Translations under genes and position numbers: made by a program | Notes under the pieces: model-generated | Told to the model about the DNA's origin: nothing | Seen by the model: only the letters and a program-made list of their open reading frames with translations | The model's database searches: none | Source of the DNA: Cirrosporium novae-zelandiae | Taxonomy: Eukaryota | DNA length: 64,000 nt | Direction of reading: 5' to 3' | NCBI GenBank assembly: GCA_026023565.1 | Contig: JAPETS010000010.1 | Location: 62,001-126,000 of the forward strand | Shown here: positions 1 through 12,482 of the stretch, one piece after another | Layout of the letters: every line of letters starts with the position of its first letter | Numbering within the stretch: position 1 is the stretch's first letter

Positions 1-223
1 ACTTGTGTTTCTGTCCAACAATTGGTTGCTTAATACTAGTGCATGCATGGAACTTTGGTTCCCTGTTAATATCAAATCATTGCCCAACCTCACTCAAATT
101 TCACCATTACAAAACACTATGTATAAAGTCTAGATTCCCGTTGTTGCTAAGAAGCGGATACCATATTCTTCATATCTATTTTCCAGTTTTGCATTAAGCT
201 TCCACCTTTTCGATATATTCACA

Positions 224-2016
224 ATGGATTCTCCCGATGTGCAAGTACTGTACTCACAGCCTTACCGCCCAAATGGCTCCGATGATTGGGAAAAGTACAA
301 GGCAACAATTGCAGAGCTATACCAAGCCAATGAGCTCAGACTTGTGATGAAAGAGATGGGAGTACGGCATCACCTCAAGGCTACGTATGTCAATATATGC
401 CATTGTTGTCGCTGGAAAGCTTTTAATTCTATTTCAGTGAACGTCAGTACAAGGCAAAGCTACGTGAGTGGGGCCTTGACCGCAAACATATCAAGGGCCC
501 TGAATATAAGTACATGGTCCAGAAAAGAGCAAGACGTAAACAGAACGAGGGGAAGGAGACTCAATTCTATATCGGAGATAAAGCCGTCAGCTCTGCAAAC
601 ATCCAACGTTACATTAAGAGGAATAAGATCGACGAAAATAACATATTTTCTAGTATTGGTAAGGATCCTTTCTGTAGAACTCGATGAGTCTCATTGTGTT
701 GCTAAGTCTTATTTACAGTGGCGACACCGCGAGGGTTTACCTACCTCACACCACCTAGCACCTTTAAAACGATAAACGGGACAACCGAGCCTTCCTGCGC
801 CAATCTACCCAACCACTCCGGCCCTCCATGTCGGAGGGATGGTGTTGGCCCTAGCCCCCTTGGGAGAGCACCTCCGAGTTCTGTTTACCCTAACAGAAGC
901 ATACAACAATCATCGATGCCACTCAGCCCTTCATGTGCTTGGATGGAAAGATTTGTTAAACTTTCAGGATCAGTGATCAGCAGTCCCGTTCTGCAAAATA
1001 ATGAATTTGGGAAGAGTGTTAGTCCTATATTTACTAGCACCATCTCTCCAATTTTCTCGTATCTCGACAGAAGCATGCAAAAAACGTCAAGCCCATCCAA
1101 TCCTTCAGCCATATCATATAATACTTGAATGGAAGATTTTGTTAAACTTTCTAATGCATTTACAAGGAGTGTTATTCCTACATATGCTGGCAGAGGCTTT
1201 TTAACATCCTCGTACCCTAGCAAAAACATGCAGCAACGCTTTTCGGGCATACTTGATGACGTGAGAGGACTGATTTCGATTATCTCAAGTCAAACGAACA
1301 TATATGACGCTCCGCAAGATCATAGACTTCTCAGTGCACTCCTCAATATGCTCAAAACTCCGACTAATTATTGTTGCGACAGATATGGGTACATAATCCA
1401 GAATGAGATATTTCACGCTACCCATGGCTGTAATGATTGCAAAATATTACGAACTACGCTTGACATGCTTAGGAACGAACAAAGAATAAAATGACTAGAA
1501 GAAATGATTAGTCCCAACATTGATAAGGATGCACAACAAGCATACAATGATCTTCTATTGAGAGTCATATCATGGACCGGGTTATTCTGTGAACGTGAAG
1601 AATATATGGGACAAATTCAAGAAACCCTGGAATCCGCCATTGCTGACCTACGTAATGAATCCGCATTTACCTCTAGCTACTACCCGATTCACGCAATTCT
1701 AGCATCGTACTATATTGTGCGTGGAGAACATGAACAAGGCAAACAAGCAGGGGGATTGACATTTGAAAAGAGAATGGAATATCTCAGAACTGCTCGTTTG
1801 TTACAGCATCGCTGCTGGCGATGCCAGCTCGGAGCATTGAAAGTTCTCCCACCTAATATTCTTTCCCGTTGGGAGGACATGGGTAAAACGAAAGACTCGG
1901 TCTTAGAGAAGGCAGTAGGGAAGTTTGGGATAGTACCATGGATTATCAGAGCCATGATCGGGTTGCCAAACGGAAGAATGAGAGTGTGGATGATAACTGT
2001 GGTCCCTGGCCTTTGA
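224..2016 (+). pseudogene. Clr5-domain protein, interrupted by two in-frame TGA codons
   Basis: Splicing GT-AG introns 385-437 and 659-718 gives DDWEKYKATIAELY..LRLVMKEM..H.LKAT-ERQYKAKLREWGLDRK, a Clr5-type N-terminus. Exon 3 stays in one frame through TGA 1126-1128 and TGA 1492-1494 to 2016. The 3' end is uncertain. Confidence 0.7.
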
Positions 2017-3531
2017 TATATTGGACGTAAAATGATCCTCCATCACTGCATACTACATACGATCCAAGCTAGCCTCTCAAGCTCTCAACTGTGAAGGATG
2101 ACTCTGATGTAAGCTCCTCCCCCCTCTCCTATCCAAGTCTTGTTCCCACCAACCTTAATTGGTAATTTCTCTCTCCACCCCATCATCATAAACCCTGCTA
2201 TACAAAGGCACTACCTCAATAACTTCCTTACAAGAATACTTGCTTCGGTGGTCGTCACGTTACTCCGTTACTCCCTCCGTAACAGCGCAGGCTGCAGCCA
2301 CCACGAGAAGAAATACCACCAAGGAATATCCTAATTCCCTCCCCGCACTTCAGCCACCAAACCCATTTTATTATTACAGACCTCCTCTCTAAGCCACAGC
2401 CCATATACACCTGCATTAAGTCTTATCATGCACGCTAACCTTTTCTTAGAATGCAGGTCATGATATCATTTCTATTTTATCTATTGAAATATTTAACTGC
2501 ACGATACCATCCCACACTCCTTTACCGCACCCCACTATTTAGGCAATGTCACCTATACCCTACACATCTCGCTCCAATATGGGGAAAGCTTCTTGTTACT
2601 GTGCGACCTGAGACTTAAGACCTAGCTCTAACTAATCATTAATTTCTATCTACAACTACCTAACTAATTAGCACTTTCTCATCACTATTTACCATCATCA
2701 ACTATCTATACCCACATATCCCACCAATTTTTACCATTTTTATTCCTTTGCCACACATAAACCAATTATAATAGCTCGTTAAAACCCCGTTCTTAATACC
2801 TTTGGTACCTTCATAGCCTGAATGAGCAACATCTTGTTTGTCGTTTATCACCGACATTTGTTTTTGCGACCCAAAAAACCGCCAGTGCCACACTCCAGTA
2901 TGAAAAATCAGATCGTTAGACTTTTTTTTTTTTAGCTTACGAAGCCAACGAATAATTAGACGCTTTACGACCGCGCGAGCTCATCCCAAACCCAAATCTA
3001 CATCGAGTAGCGTCCTCGAAGGATTTGTAGCAGAGCCGAGAGGGGCTAATGAAAAAGAGCCTGGTATTCCGTTCCGTCATATCATATTACTGTAAATAGA
3101 AGTTTTATAGTAGTAGTAGCTCGATATATATTTCTTTTTTTAATAAATACTTCAACTTTTTACCTTCTGCGATTCTGAAGGGGTTAACTGAATCGATTGA
3201 TTTAAGTCTTTACACCCTACCAAGTGGAACGGCGGCCATAGGGATTTTAGACTAATTTCGAGTAATACAAATCCACACTAAGTTTACTGTCACCCAGATA
3301 AAGATCCTTATCATACGCGACATAATAGCGAGACTGAGGGTTGGGTTAGGGTTAGGATTTTCATTATTATTTATTGTTTCTAGAAAGAACCAACTAGGCT
3401 AGACTTGTTGTAACGCTGTGGCTGCGGTCTAAGACTCTAATCGGTAATTATGCAAAGCTAGGGTTATATTTAAGGTACAAGAATAAACTATGCAATAGAA
3501 TTGCCACCTCCGAAGTTCCATTTTTGCAAAG

Positions 3532-3649
3532 CAGTGTTTGTCGATAATTAGATCAGACCAACCAGACCGGACCGGACCGGACCCCCCTTGGTCTAGTCGA
3601 TCTATAGACCGCCGTCTATTTGGTTTAGTCTACGTATGGACAACACTTG
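3532..3649. mobile_element. hAT-type MITE copy (GACC-rich family), degenerate
   Basis: Ends CAGTGTTTGTCGATA...TATGGACAACACTTG are imperfect inverted repeats; internal AGACC/GGACC repeats and the family core CCGTCTATTTGGTTT; near-matching flanks TTGCAAAG / TTGCAAGG. Confidence 0.7.
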
Positions 3650-3754
3650 TTTGCAAGGGAGAGAGAGCCATAACTATATGTACTCTGAAAGTGAAGTTCT
3701 TACATAATTCTGGTAGCGCAAGTCGGAACTATAGTACTCTACTTCACTATTATT

Positions 3755-3808
3755 CAGCGAAAGGAATAAATCAGATCAAATAGACGGTCTGGTCTATTCT
3801 TTTCACCG
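3755..3808. mobile_element. 54-bp minimal copy of the hAT-type MITE family
   Basis: CAGCGAAAGGAATAAATCAGATC versus the reverse-complemented right end CGGTGAAAAGAATAGACCAGACC: all six differences are transitions. Core AAATAGACGGTCT is shared with 62808-62907. No target-site duplication (TSD) seen. Confidence 0.55.
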
Positions 3809-4146
3809 GTACAGGTAGAAACCACATCTAAATATCTAATTATGAAGAAGTTCATGTGACTAATTAGGCCAACATGACATAAAATAATTACCCAAGGCAT
3901 GCGTATCTATATAGCTTTGGCGTTTGTAACAACTGATACGCAAGAACTTAATTAAGGTCAACGTTCAATAATTAATGATAAAAAGGAATAATCGTCAAAG
4001 GAATGAATCTCCATCCTCCCTTAGATATCCTTTGTTGAAAGGGTACGATAGACCTGGCTACTCCTGCTCTAATATCAATTGGTTTTGAAGTGTTGTAATA
4101 TTCCCCGCACAAACACCATTTCACTAATGTGCTTAAACGTAACCAA

Positions 4147-7100
4147 TCAAAATAGTTTTTCCAGACCATACCAGTCGTCAATTTCCGTCGCGCCAGCTGT
4201 CCGTAATAGCGAAGCAATATCTTTGTGACGCTCATGGAGAGCAATTTCAAGAGCGACATCCAGTTCCGCGTTCGCGCCATGTTCTAATAAAAGCTTTACG
4301 ACATCCATGTGACCATGTTCAACCGCTTGGTGTAAAGGAGTTCTGTTATCCTCGTCCAAGGCATCGATCTCAACGTTCTGCTCAAGGAGGATGCTCACAA
4401 TTTCCTCGGCTCCAGCGGTGGCTGCATACCAGAGGGGAGATCGATTGTAGGCACCTCGTACATCTGCCTCTACTCCTTCGCGATCTAACAACAGTTTGAT
4501 CATCGTGGCATGGCCGACTTCGACTGCATAATGAAGGGGGGCTTGATATAGAGGCGGACCGTCCGGGAGGATAACTTCTGCACCTTGCATTGCAGGCAAT
4601 TGATCATATATATCCCCAGCCCCCCTGAAACATGCGTATGCTAAAGCAGTTCGACCAGATTTTGTCCTGATTTTTATATCAATATTGTTTTTCTGTAATA
4701 GCATTGACATGATTTCCCAGTAATCATATGCGACTGCCTCAATTAATGCAGTGGTCCCGAGGATATGAATTATATTCAGATCCACATCATCTCGGTCTAG
4801 CAACATTTCGACTACATCTTCGCTTCTGAGCAAGCATGCCCTAATTAAAGGTGTGTACCCATACTTGTCTTGGGAATTGATATTGGATGCGTTCATTTTT
4901 AACAATTCTTCGGCAATCTTTCGATGATCTTCTTGGCAGGCATAATGGAGAGCAGACATTTTGAATTGATCTGATGCATTCGTTACCACACTCTTAATTT
5001 TGAGAAGCTCTTTAACGACGCTCTCATGACCATTCTCTGCGGCATAAGAAAGAGCATCACGCCCAATTTTCGATACCAAAAAAGGCGTACAGTCATTTCG
5101 AGCCAAAAGCGCTCTGACGACTTGCAATTTGCCGTTCTGAGCAGCCAAAATTAAAGGCGTAAAGCCTGACTCCGTTCTGATGTCAACTTTGGTTGTTTGC
5201 TTAGCAGAAAGTAAACACAACCCGATATCTTCATTGTTAGCTTGTGCAGCGAGATGAAGAGGCGTTTGGCCATAATCGTCTGCAGTCAACGTGCTGGCAC
5301 CTTTCTCGACTAGAATTTTGACTGTCTCGAACTGATCCTTCTGGCAAGCAAGGTGTAGGGCAGTTTTACCCATTTTAGATTTTTTATCAATCTCAGCCCC
5401 ATTTTGAAGAAGGATATCAGTCGTTGGGAACCCAAAATATGCTGCAATATGCAAAGGAGAGCAGCCGTCATCAGTAATTGCATGAACATCTGCACCATGA
5501 TCAATCAAAAATTGAGCTTGCTTTGTCTCTTGCCGTGCACTCGCAAAATGAAGCGGAGTCTCCCTAGGAGGAAATGAGCATTTTTTCGTAATTTTAGCTC
5601 CGTATTCGACAAGAAGCTGAACTGCAGAAAGCGTATTATATCGCGCAGCCGCATGTAAAGCATTGTAGCACGGTAGACCATCTACGTTCACATCTGCATC
5701 AAAGTCCAGTAGTACGCGAATGACCGCCTCAGTTCCACGCCGAGCCGCCCACTGTAACGGGGTACTATTATCGCGTTGGCTTTTCGCCGATACATCCGCG
5801 CCATGCTCTAAAAGAAGCTGAACAGATGTTGGATTATTACCAGTCACCATAAAAAAAAGAGGAGTACAACCATTATTGTTTAACGCGTGGACATTTGCCT
5901 TTTTTTCCAGAAGCATAGCGAGGATATTCTCGCATTGGTGCGAACTCTTTGCCAAACAATGCAGTGCCGTGTCCCCATAGTTATTTTTATTCTCAATACA
6001 CGTTTGGTTATCGAGTAGAGCCTGAATAATAGTTTCCTTTTCGCATCCTTTCAATATAGCATTTTGCAGTGGGGTATTACCTTGTGCATTTTTTGTGTTA
6101 ATGTCAAACCCCGCCTCAAGGAGTGACTCCACAAGAGCTAACTGTTTAGGTCTGTAATCGGCTCGTGCTACTAGGTGAAGTGGTGTATCCTCGCCCTCCA
6201 ATTCGGGTTGTTTACCTATATTTCTAGCGAGTAGGGCGTGTACGACTGAATACTCGCCAGATTGAGAAGCAATATCAAGGGCCGTCCTTCCATCATTATT
6301 TTTCGCTATAATATCGATAGCCCCTTGAGCATGATCAAATATCATCTCGATTATTGCCTTGGACATTCCGAATGCCGCAAAATGGAGCATAGTCCAACCA
6401 TTATCATCAACCACTTTTGTGTCGGCTCCGTGCTCCAACAGAAGCCGGACAACTTCTTCGGATGCACTAAAACAGGCATCTGCCAACGGAGTTGAGCCAT
6501 TTTGGTCTTTGGATTCTATATCAATATTTTTAGTCAGAAACAGCTGCGTGACACAAAAAGAGCCTCCTTGAGCTGCATAATGTAGAATCGATTTCCCAAA
6601 AGAGTTTCGCGTATTCAGTTCAGCATCAGACTCTAAAAGAAGCTGCACGATTTCTACAGCATTTTTGTCATTGCGGAGAGCTGCAAGCTCCAAAGCAGCT
6701 GGTAAGAGATTAGCCAAAGAAAAAAATACTCAAGAATGGTTTATTTACTTTCTCTTTTATTGCTTTTCGCTCTCACATCGACTCCTTTACTGAGGAATAA
6801 TTTCACGATTTCGACGTCACAGCCGCCTTCAATAGCCTCATGAAGCTCAGTTCGATTATCGAGGTCAGGCTCGCATGTAGCGCCGTGCTTTAGGAGGAGT
6901 TTTATGATATTCTTACTATTGGCTCTTGAGGCATAGCCCAAAGGTGTTTTGCCTTTAATATCTTTAACACTTACAAGAGCCTTTTTATTAATCAACAACT
7001 CCAAGACTCTTGCTTGATTCTGACTCGCAGCCACATGCAAAGCTGTCGCCCCGTCTTTATCTTTTGCTTCAATGTCGACGTCAGTATTTAAGAGAAGCCG

Positions 7101-10100
7101 CACGACATCTTCTAATTGCGATTTCCCTTTTTGAATGGCTAGGTGCAAAGCGGTTCTCCCAGTATTATCCCTTGCAGTAGCATCGGCTTCTACCTTTAGA
7201 AGTTTTCGGACAATCTTATTGTTGCCATACCTGGCCGCACCCATAAGAGGCGTAACTCCGTATTTGTCCTTTGCATCCTTTTCTGCGTTATATTTCAGAA
7301 GGAGCTCAACACATTTATCGTTGCCTTCGAAACTTGCACCGTGCAATGGCGTCCTTATATAACGTCCTTTGCATTCACATTGACGTCGTATTTGTCTAGT
7401 AACAGTTCTGTGATGTTTGGTATATTGTTTAAAGCAGTCCAGTTCAAAGGGGTCTCATCATATTCTCCTTTCTTGTCAGCTTCCACTCCATCGTGGTCAA
7501 GCAAGAATTTCACAATGTCTTCGTGGCCGAATCCAGCCGCTAGATGCAGGGGTACGTTGTTTTGGATATTCGTTCGGTTCCAGTTGATTTGCTCTTCCTC
7601 TAATTCTTCGAGGACATTTTTCAGACCAAACCTACAGGCCGCAAAAATTGACGTTGGTTTGTTACTCAAGAGGCTCAGCGATAGGTGTGGGTATTCATCA
7701 TATTCGCGCCTTTCGGCACTAATAAGTCCTTCGCTATTGAACACAGCGAAATGTTCTTCGTCGAGCAGGAATTCTTCAATGTTCTTGGAAAGCTCTCCAG
7801 TTCGATCCTTAACGTCGACACAAGCAAAATGGTAATCCCAGTGAGCCACAGCGTAGGCGTGGAACGATTTAGAATAATCAGAACTTGACAATTCTTTGTT
7901 ATGCAAAGACGCTCGGGGTTCAATAAACTCTTCGATGCATCTCTGTGCTGCAAAAGAGTGCAGTTGACTGCTTTTGTAAGGACCTTTTTTCTCCAGAAAT
8001 TCTTGAACCGATACATGTGCGAATCGGAAGGTGTCGGTCTCATCATCTGCTACCACAAGATTGCAACAAATAAGGAGAACCTCTTCTTTAGCAAGTAGAT
8101 AGAGTCTATTGTCCTCAACACTTGAAACAGCTTCAATCAACGCATTCAAAGATAGAGGTCGCCGTGCACACAAGAGCCACTTGAGTACTGCTTCTGCACC
8201 TGAGCGGCTTCCTTCCGCTGATTCTTCTAATTGCTGGAAGATATTTTGGTAGAGTTCCTCGATGCCTGGCGAAAGTCTGCCTAATTCTTTTCTAACATCC
8301 TTTTCAATTTTTATCCGTTTGTCACAAAGGTTTTGCAATTGAAGCTTCACCCATAAAAACCTGCTGACATTAGCAAATATACTGGATTCCTGGTCCCTAG
8401 ATTGCAAATAATTTGGTATCTAGGAAATAGGTTGTAAGGTCATAAACTCACATTCCGTCAGCACCTCGGTTTATTACCTCGATGATTTTATTTTTAAGCT
8501 CCGCCTCTACTCTTCCATTCAACAAACGCTTGTCAGAGATTGCAGCCTCTAACTTTGAATGGATATAATGTGCAATATCCACTTGGGTGTCGGTGGAATT
8601 TATATGGATATAAGACGAAAATTCTGCTTTGGGAAGTTCTCGGCTGACCTCATCTCGCCCGGAAAGGAAAACCTTGACCTTTGTTTTTGATTGAAGAATT
8701 CTTGTAAGTCCTTTGAGGAGTATTGGTCTATCTCGACACTCGTCAAGTGCATCGATAATAAGGATTGCCGGGCATTCTTCAAGAAGCTGGATGATAAGGG
8801 TGGTAAAATCCTTGCAGTCTAGCTTAACAGGTTCTGTTTGTCCTTCATCGGCCTTTTGTTTTTGCTGCGCATAAAAGTTCATGAATGGTTCTCTCAGAGG
8901 AACATCACGGCCAGCCCAGGCCAGTTGCCTCGCAATTGTGCGGAGTATCTCTTCCGGTTTTGTTCGCTGCTGCTCTGATCCGTTGCAATAGAAGTAAGCA
9001 ATGTTGGGTGCTTTTGGATTGGCTTTGTGCTCGTCCAGAAGTCTTTGGATGACCACCGACCTATCGAGTTAGTAATTGAAGAAAGAATTCAAATTCTTGG
9101 CTTACATTAATTTGGTTTTACCACATCCAACTATATAACATGAGTTGCGTTGCAAAAGACTCAGGAAGTTACAAGAGACCGACTTCGAAAGTATTGGAAT
9201 GCCTGAGATATATCTCAGGGCTTTTAGCATGCCAAGGGTATTCTATTAAAAGATAAAATGGATTGGATCTTTTTCATTTTCCAATAACTTTGGACTGCCC
9301 AAAGCATTCATGCTAAAACCCATGAGGAGCCCTCTAAGGTACCTCAATATTCCCGAAGTCGATCTCATATCGGATGTTCCTTACCTATACCGTGGAGCCA
9401 GAGAGCTGAGGAGGACCTCGAGTCCTTCCAATCTATGTAACAATGTCGCTCCATGAGCCAAAGTCCAGAATCTTTCACTAGGCCTTCACGAGACTTTGCA
9501 TGGTGTGCTTCAAACGGCACACGAGATAGCCAATGAAGCGCTTCAGTACGCTCCTCACCTATTCAAAGTCAGAAGATAAGTGAAAGAAGTTAGGTTAGCA
9601 TACGTTTCCTCTGATCTCGCGTTTCCTTGTGAAGACCAGAGATCTCAGTAATAAACCCCTCGATCGGCTCTAGCTTGCGGAGCATATCTACGGATGACTT
9701 ACGCAGGTAAGTCACGTCTAAGGCACATTAGTCTGATCAGAAAGGCTTTTCATTCCTATTACAAACCCTGGAGCATTGATTCTACGGTTTCTTGAAGTGT
9801 GCTTAATTTTCGGTCGCTACCACGCTTCGCTGTTTCAGTAGTCAGTAATTGTTAGAATTTCAATATCAGTAGCCCACATTCTGCATCCATAATCTTTGAG
9901 ATCTCCTGAATTCTTGCGTGTTCTGTCAATATTTGGGCAAGTGGAGCTTCCACGACACTATGTGTCGTCTTTACCACGCTCTCAATCGATCGCTCTTGTA
10001 CGGGTCAATTAAATTGTCCAAAAAAGCCAGGGGATACGTACGAATGCCTCTCTTTTTGTAATATGACTTGGCCGTGAGCAAATATTGGAGAATAGCGACG

Positions 10101-10836
10101 TAGAGTTTCACAATCCCATCTATAAGCTGTGACCTGACCGCAGAATCTTCCAAGAGATACAGGCTCTCGATAATAGCATATTGGGTAACCATTCCAGAGA
10201 TCAGTTCAACTCCTTCGGCCATGTCGCGGAAGATCTCATGGTCGTTCACAGCGATCTGATAAGATTGAGTAAATATTTGGAGCAAGGCTCTGGGCTACCG
10301 ACCGTAAGGAGGAATCGTATGCCCGCCCATGGCAAAGCCGCATGGCCCGGATCATACTGTACTAGGACATCACCAGCTTCCTTGAACTTGTTGATCCAAG
10401 TCACTAACTTGCTGAAGTACTGCTGTAACGGAACCTCACCACGGCGAGTTTTTATCTTAATGAGGGCTTTCACCACCCTTTCTTCGTTTGCTTTGACCTC
10501 ACTCAGCACATCTTCGATAATAGATGCTGTCCCTGTCTTAGGTCTCTCAAGATTAAGTTTCTCCTTCTCTGTGAGCTTTTCCGTTGCTTGTGCCCAAAGA
10601 TTCTCACGAATTCTAGGGAATAAACCAGGTGTTAAAAATAGTTTTTAGGAGCCAGCCATAGCCATGACTTACTTTATCGTTGTGGTACCTGGGGAGTTGA
10701 AAGCTGCCTTCGGTATGACTGAACGTGCTGGTTGTACTTCGATTTGGATATCTGAATTTTGTAAATCTCGACAAGGCTGAGATTGATATTCCAATTGGGC
10801 ACTAGATACAGCCAGATATGAAGGTGGTGGATCCAT
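4147..10836 (-). CDS. Fungal NLR: helical N-terminal domain (NWD/NACHT-N type) + NACHT NTPase + about 30 ankyrin repeats; one apparent -1 frameshift near 7357
   Basis: ATG at 10836 (MDPPPSY), multi-exon. DPGHAALPWAGIRFLL N-terminal motif; Walker A LWLHGI-VGCGKTKL (spliced); Walker B LIIDALDE; ADGM-FLWVKLQL; FAHVSVQEFL; long TPLH ankyrin array in ORFs 7346-6741 and 6717-4147. Confidence 0.92.
9175..9366. repeat. Degenerate inverted repeat (about 57-bp arms; probable old MITE) inside NLR intron 9131-9384
   Basis: Left arm GAGACCGACTTCGAAAGTATTGG...GGGCTTTTAGCATG matches the reverse complement of the right arm GAGATCGACTTCGGGAATATTGA...GGGTTTTAGCATG; most differences are transitions. Confidence 0.65.
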
Positions 10837-11399
10837 TTGCTAACGACTCTATGCACTCGCTAGTCCACTAGACAATAAGCTCAGTGTTAGGTTTAATTTA
10901 AGGTAACGAACAAGTATTTAACTTCTAAAACCAAAGTGTAAATTTTTGGGGATGAAAGGCAGTTTAACTTACTGTCCTCTGCCCCGCATCTTGGCTCTTC
11001 GAGGTCAACAGCTCCAAGATGTCCAACACGTGCTCAATCAACAGTGAGGCTGACCGCAAGGTCGGGTCTAAAATTATTACCATTAAAACTAGCCCATTGG
11101 GCTAGGGTCTTTTTTTTTTCAGCTCGTAATTTTAGGATAGGGCTCTTACGAGGCTTTTATCTAGGTGTATAACTGGTTTGGATGGGATGGCTGAGATCCA
11201 GAATATAAGGTGCAAGCTCAGGGATCTATAACGGGAGGTCATGTAGCTTAGCATCCGTAACAACATGTCTAGCAAAATTCTCTAAAGTGCTCAGTATATG
11301 TAAGGTATGACAGGGCTTGACTTTCCAATACGGCCTTTCTTTACTCCTGGTGTTGACTTCTCTGTATAATAATGTTTATAATTAAAGGTTTAGCTCGAT

Positions 11400-11790
11400 C
11401 AGTGTTGTGAATAGACCAGCCCAAATAGACCGTCTATCGTAGACCGTCTATAGACCATAGACCGATCAGACCGAGCCTTTTGACAGACCAGACCAGACCT
11501 TGATTGCCCAAGGTCTATTTGGTCTATATAAGTGCGAATTATAAGGTGGGGGGGCATATTTTTGTATTATTTGAAGTTTGTTGGGGCATCGGAGCTTGGT
11601 ATTTTATTTCATAGATTAGTAATCATTCTTATCTCCACGTGATATCACGTGGATATAAGATAAGATGTGGTAAAACGAAATTCAAAATTCTTTTTCGCGT
11701 TCCCCGCGAGTTATATTATCCGGGTGTTATATGACCGACCAGACCGACACCCTTGGTCGGTCTGGTCAGGCTGATCTATTCACAACACTG
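11400..11790. mobile_element. 391-bp non-autonomous hAT-like DNA transposon (MITE)
   Basis: 22-bp TIRs with 1 mismatch (CAGTGTTGTGAATAGA[C/T]CAGCC); many subterminal AGACC repeats; flanked by direct repeat TCGAT; internal palindrome CCACGTGATATCACGTGG. Confidence 0.88.
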
Positions 11791-12482
11791 TCGATGTCTA
11801 TACCTTATACCCACCCCCCTATAAATCAGCCACACTATCCAGTACAGTACAATATCCAAGTATAGCATCCCCACCCAAAAAACGCCCCCATTTTCCTAAT
11901 ATTTTAATAATTAATGCAAGTTTTCTATCTACGAAGCGATTGAAGAGTATACATACTTTCTTAATCGTTGTTTATCATTAGTATTATTTATGAGGTCGGT
12001 GGTTACCTTTCTTTTAGGAGGGGGAGATGGGTAATGGATATTTAGGGGGTGGGTGTGGGTGCTAGAGAGAAGAGCGTGTAGTGTGGCAATTAGTATGCGT
12101 TTGTTTGAGTTGATTGGTTGGGTAGTTGGCTGGGGAGTTTGGATAGGATGGAATATCATTATGTTAGATACACCCGATGCTTATTCCTTTATCCTTGGCT
12201 ATCTGGTAGGTGTGACGTGAGGTGAAGGAGCTTTAGGGGGTTGTGGGTTGTTGGGTGGTTGGGTATGGATAGGAATATAGGCATCAAGTAACGAAATGAG
12301 GTTATATATCTTTATGTAATGTAAGGATTCGCATTCACATCCACGTTCATGTTACCTAGATCGGATGAACTATCCAAGAAAAGGAAACGAGCAACTAAGA
12401 AACGATTCCCACATTACCATTCCCTATCTCAGCCCCGCCTCTTTCCAAGTATTTCATTATCCACCTCAACAAAACCCATACC

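Noticed and set aside
2100..3300. Possible decayed gene fragments on the minus strand
   Set aside because: Short, stop-ridden frames with no assignable family.
3338..3356. GGGTTGGGTTAGGGTTAGG, telomere-like repeat
   Set aside because: Only about three imperfect units in an internal, simple-repeat-rich context; not evidence of a telomere.
11411..11530. CRISPR-like short repeats (AGACC units)
   Set aside because: Irregular pentamers without spacer periodicity, in a eukaryote; explained as transposon subterminal repeats.
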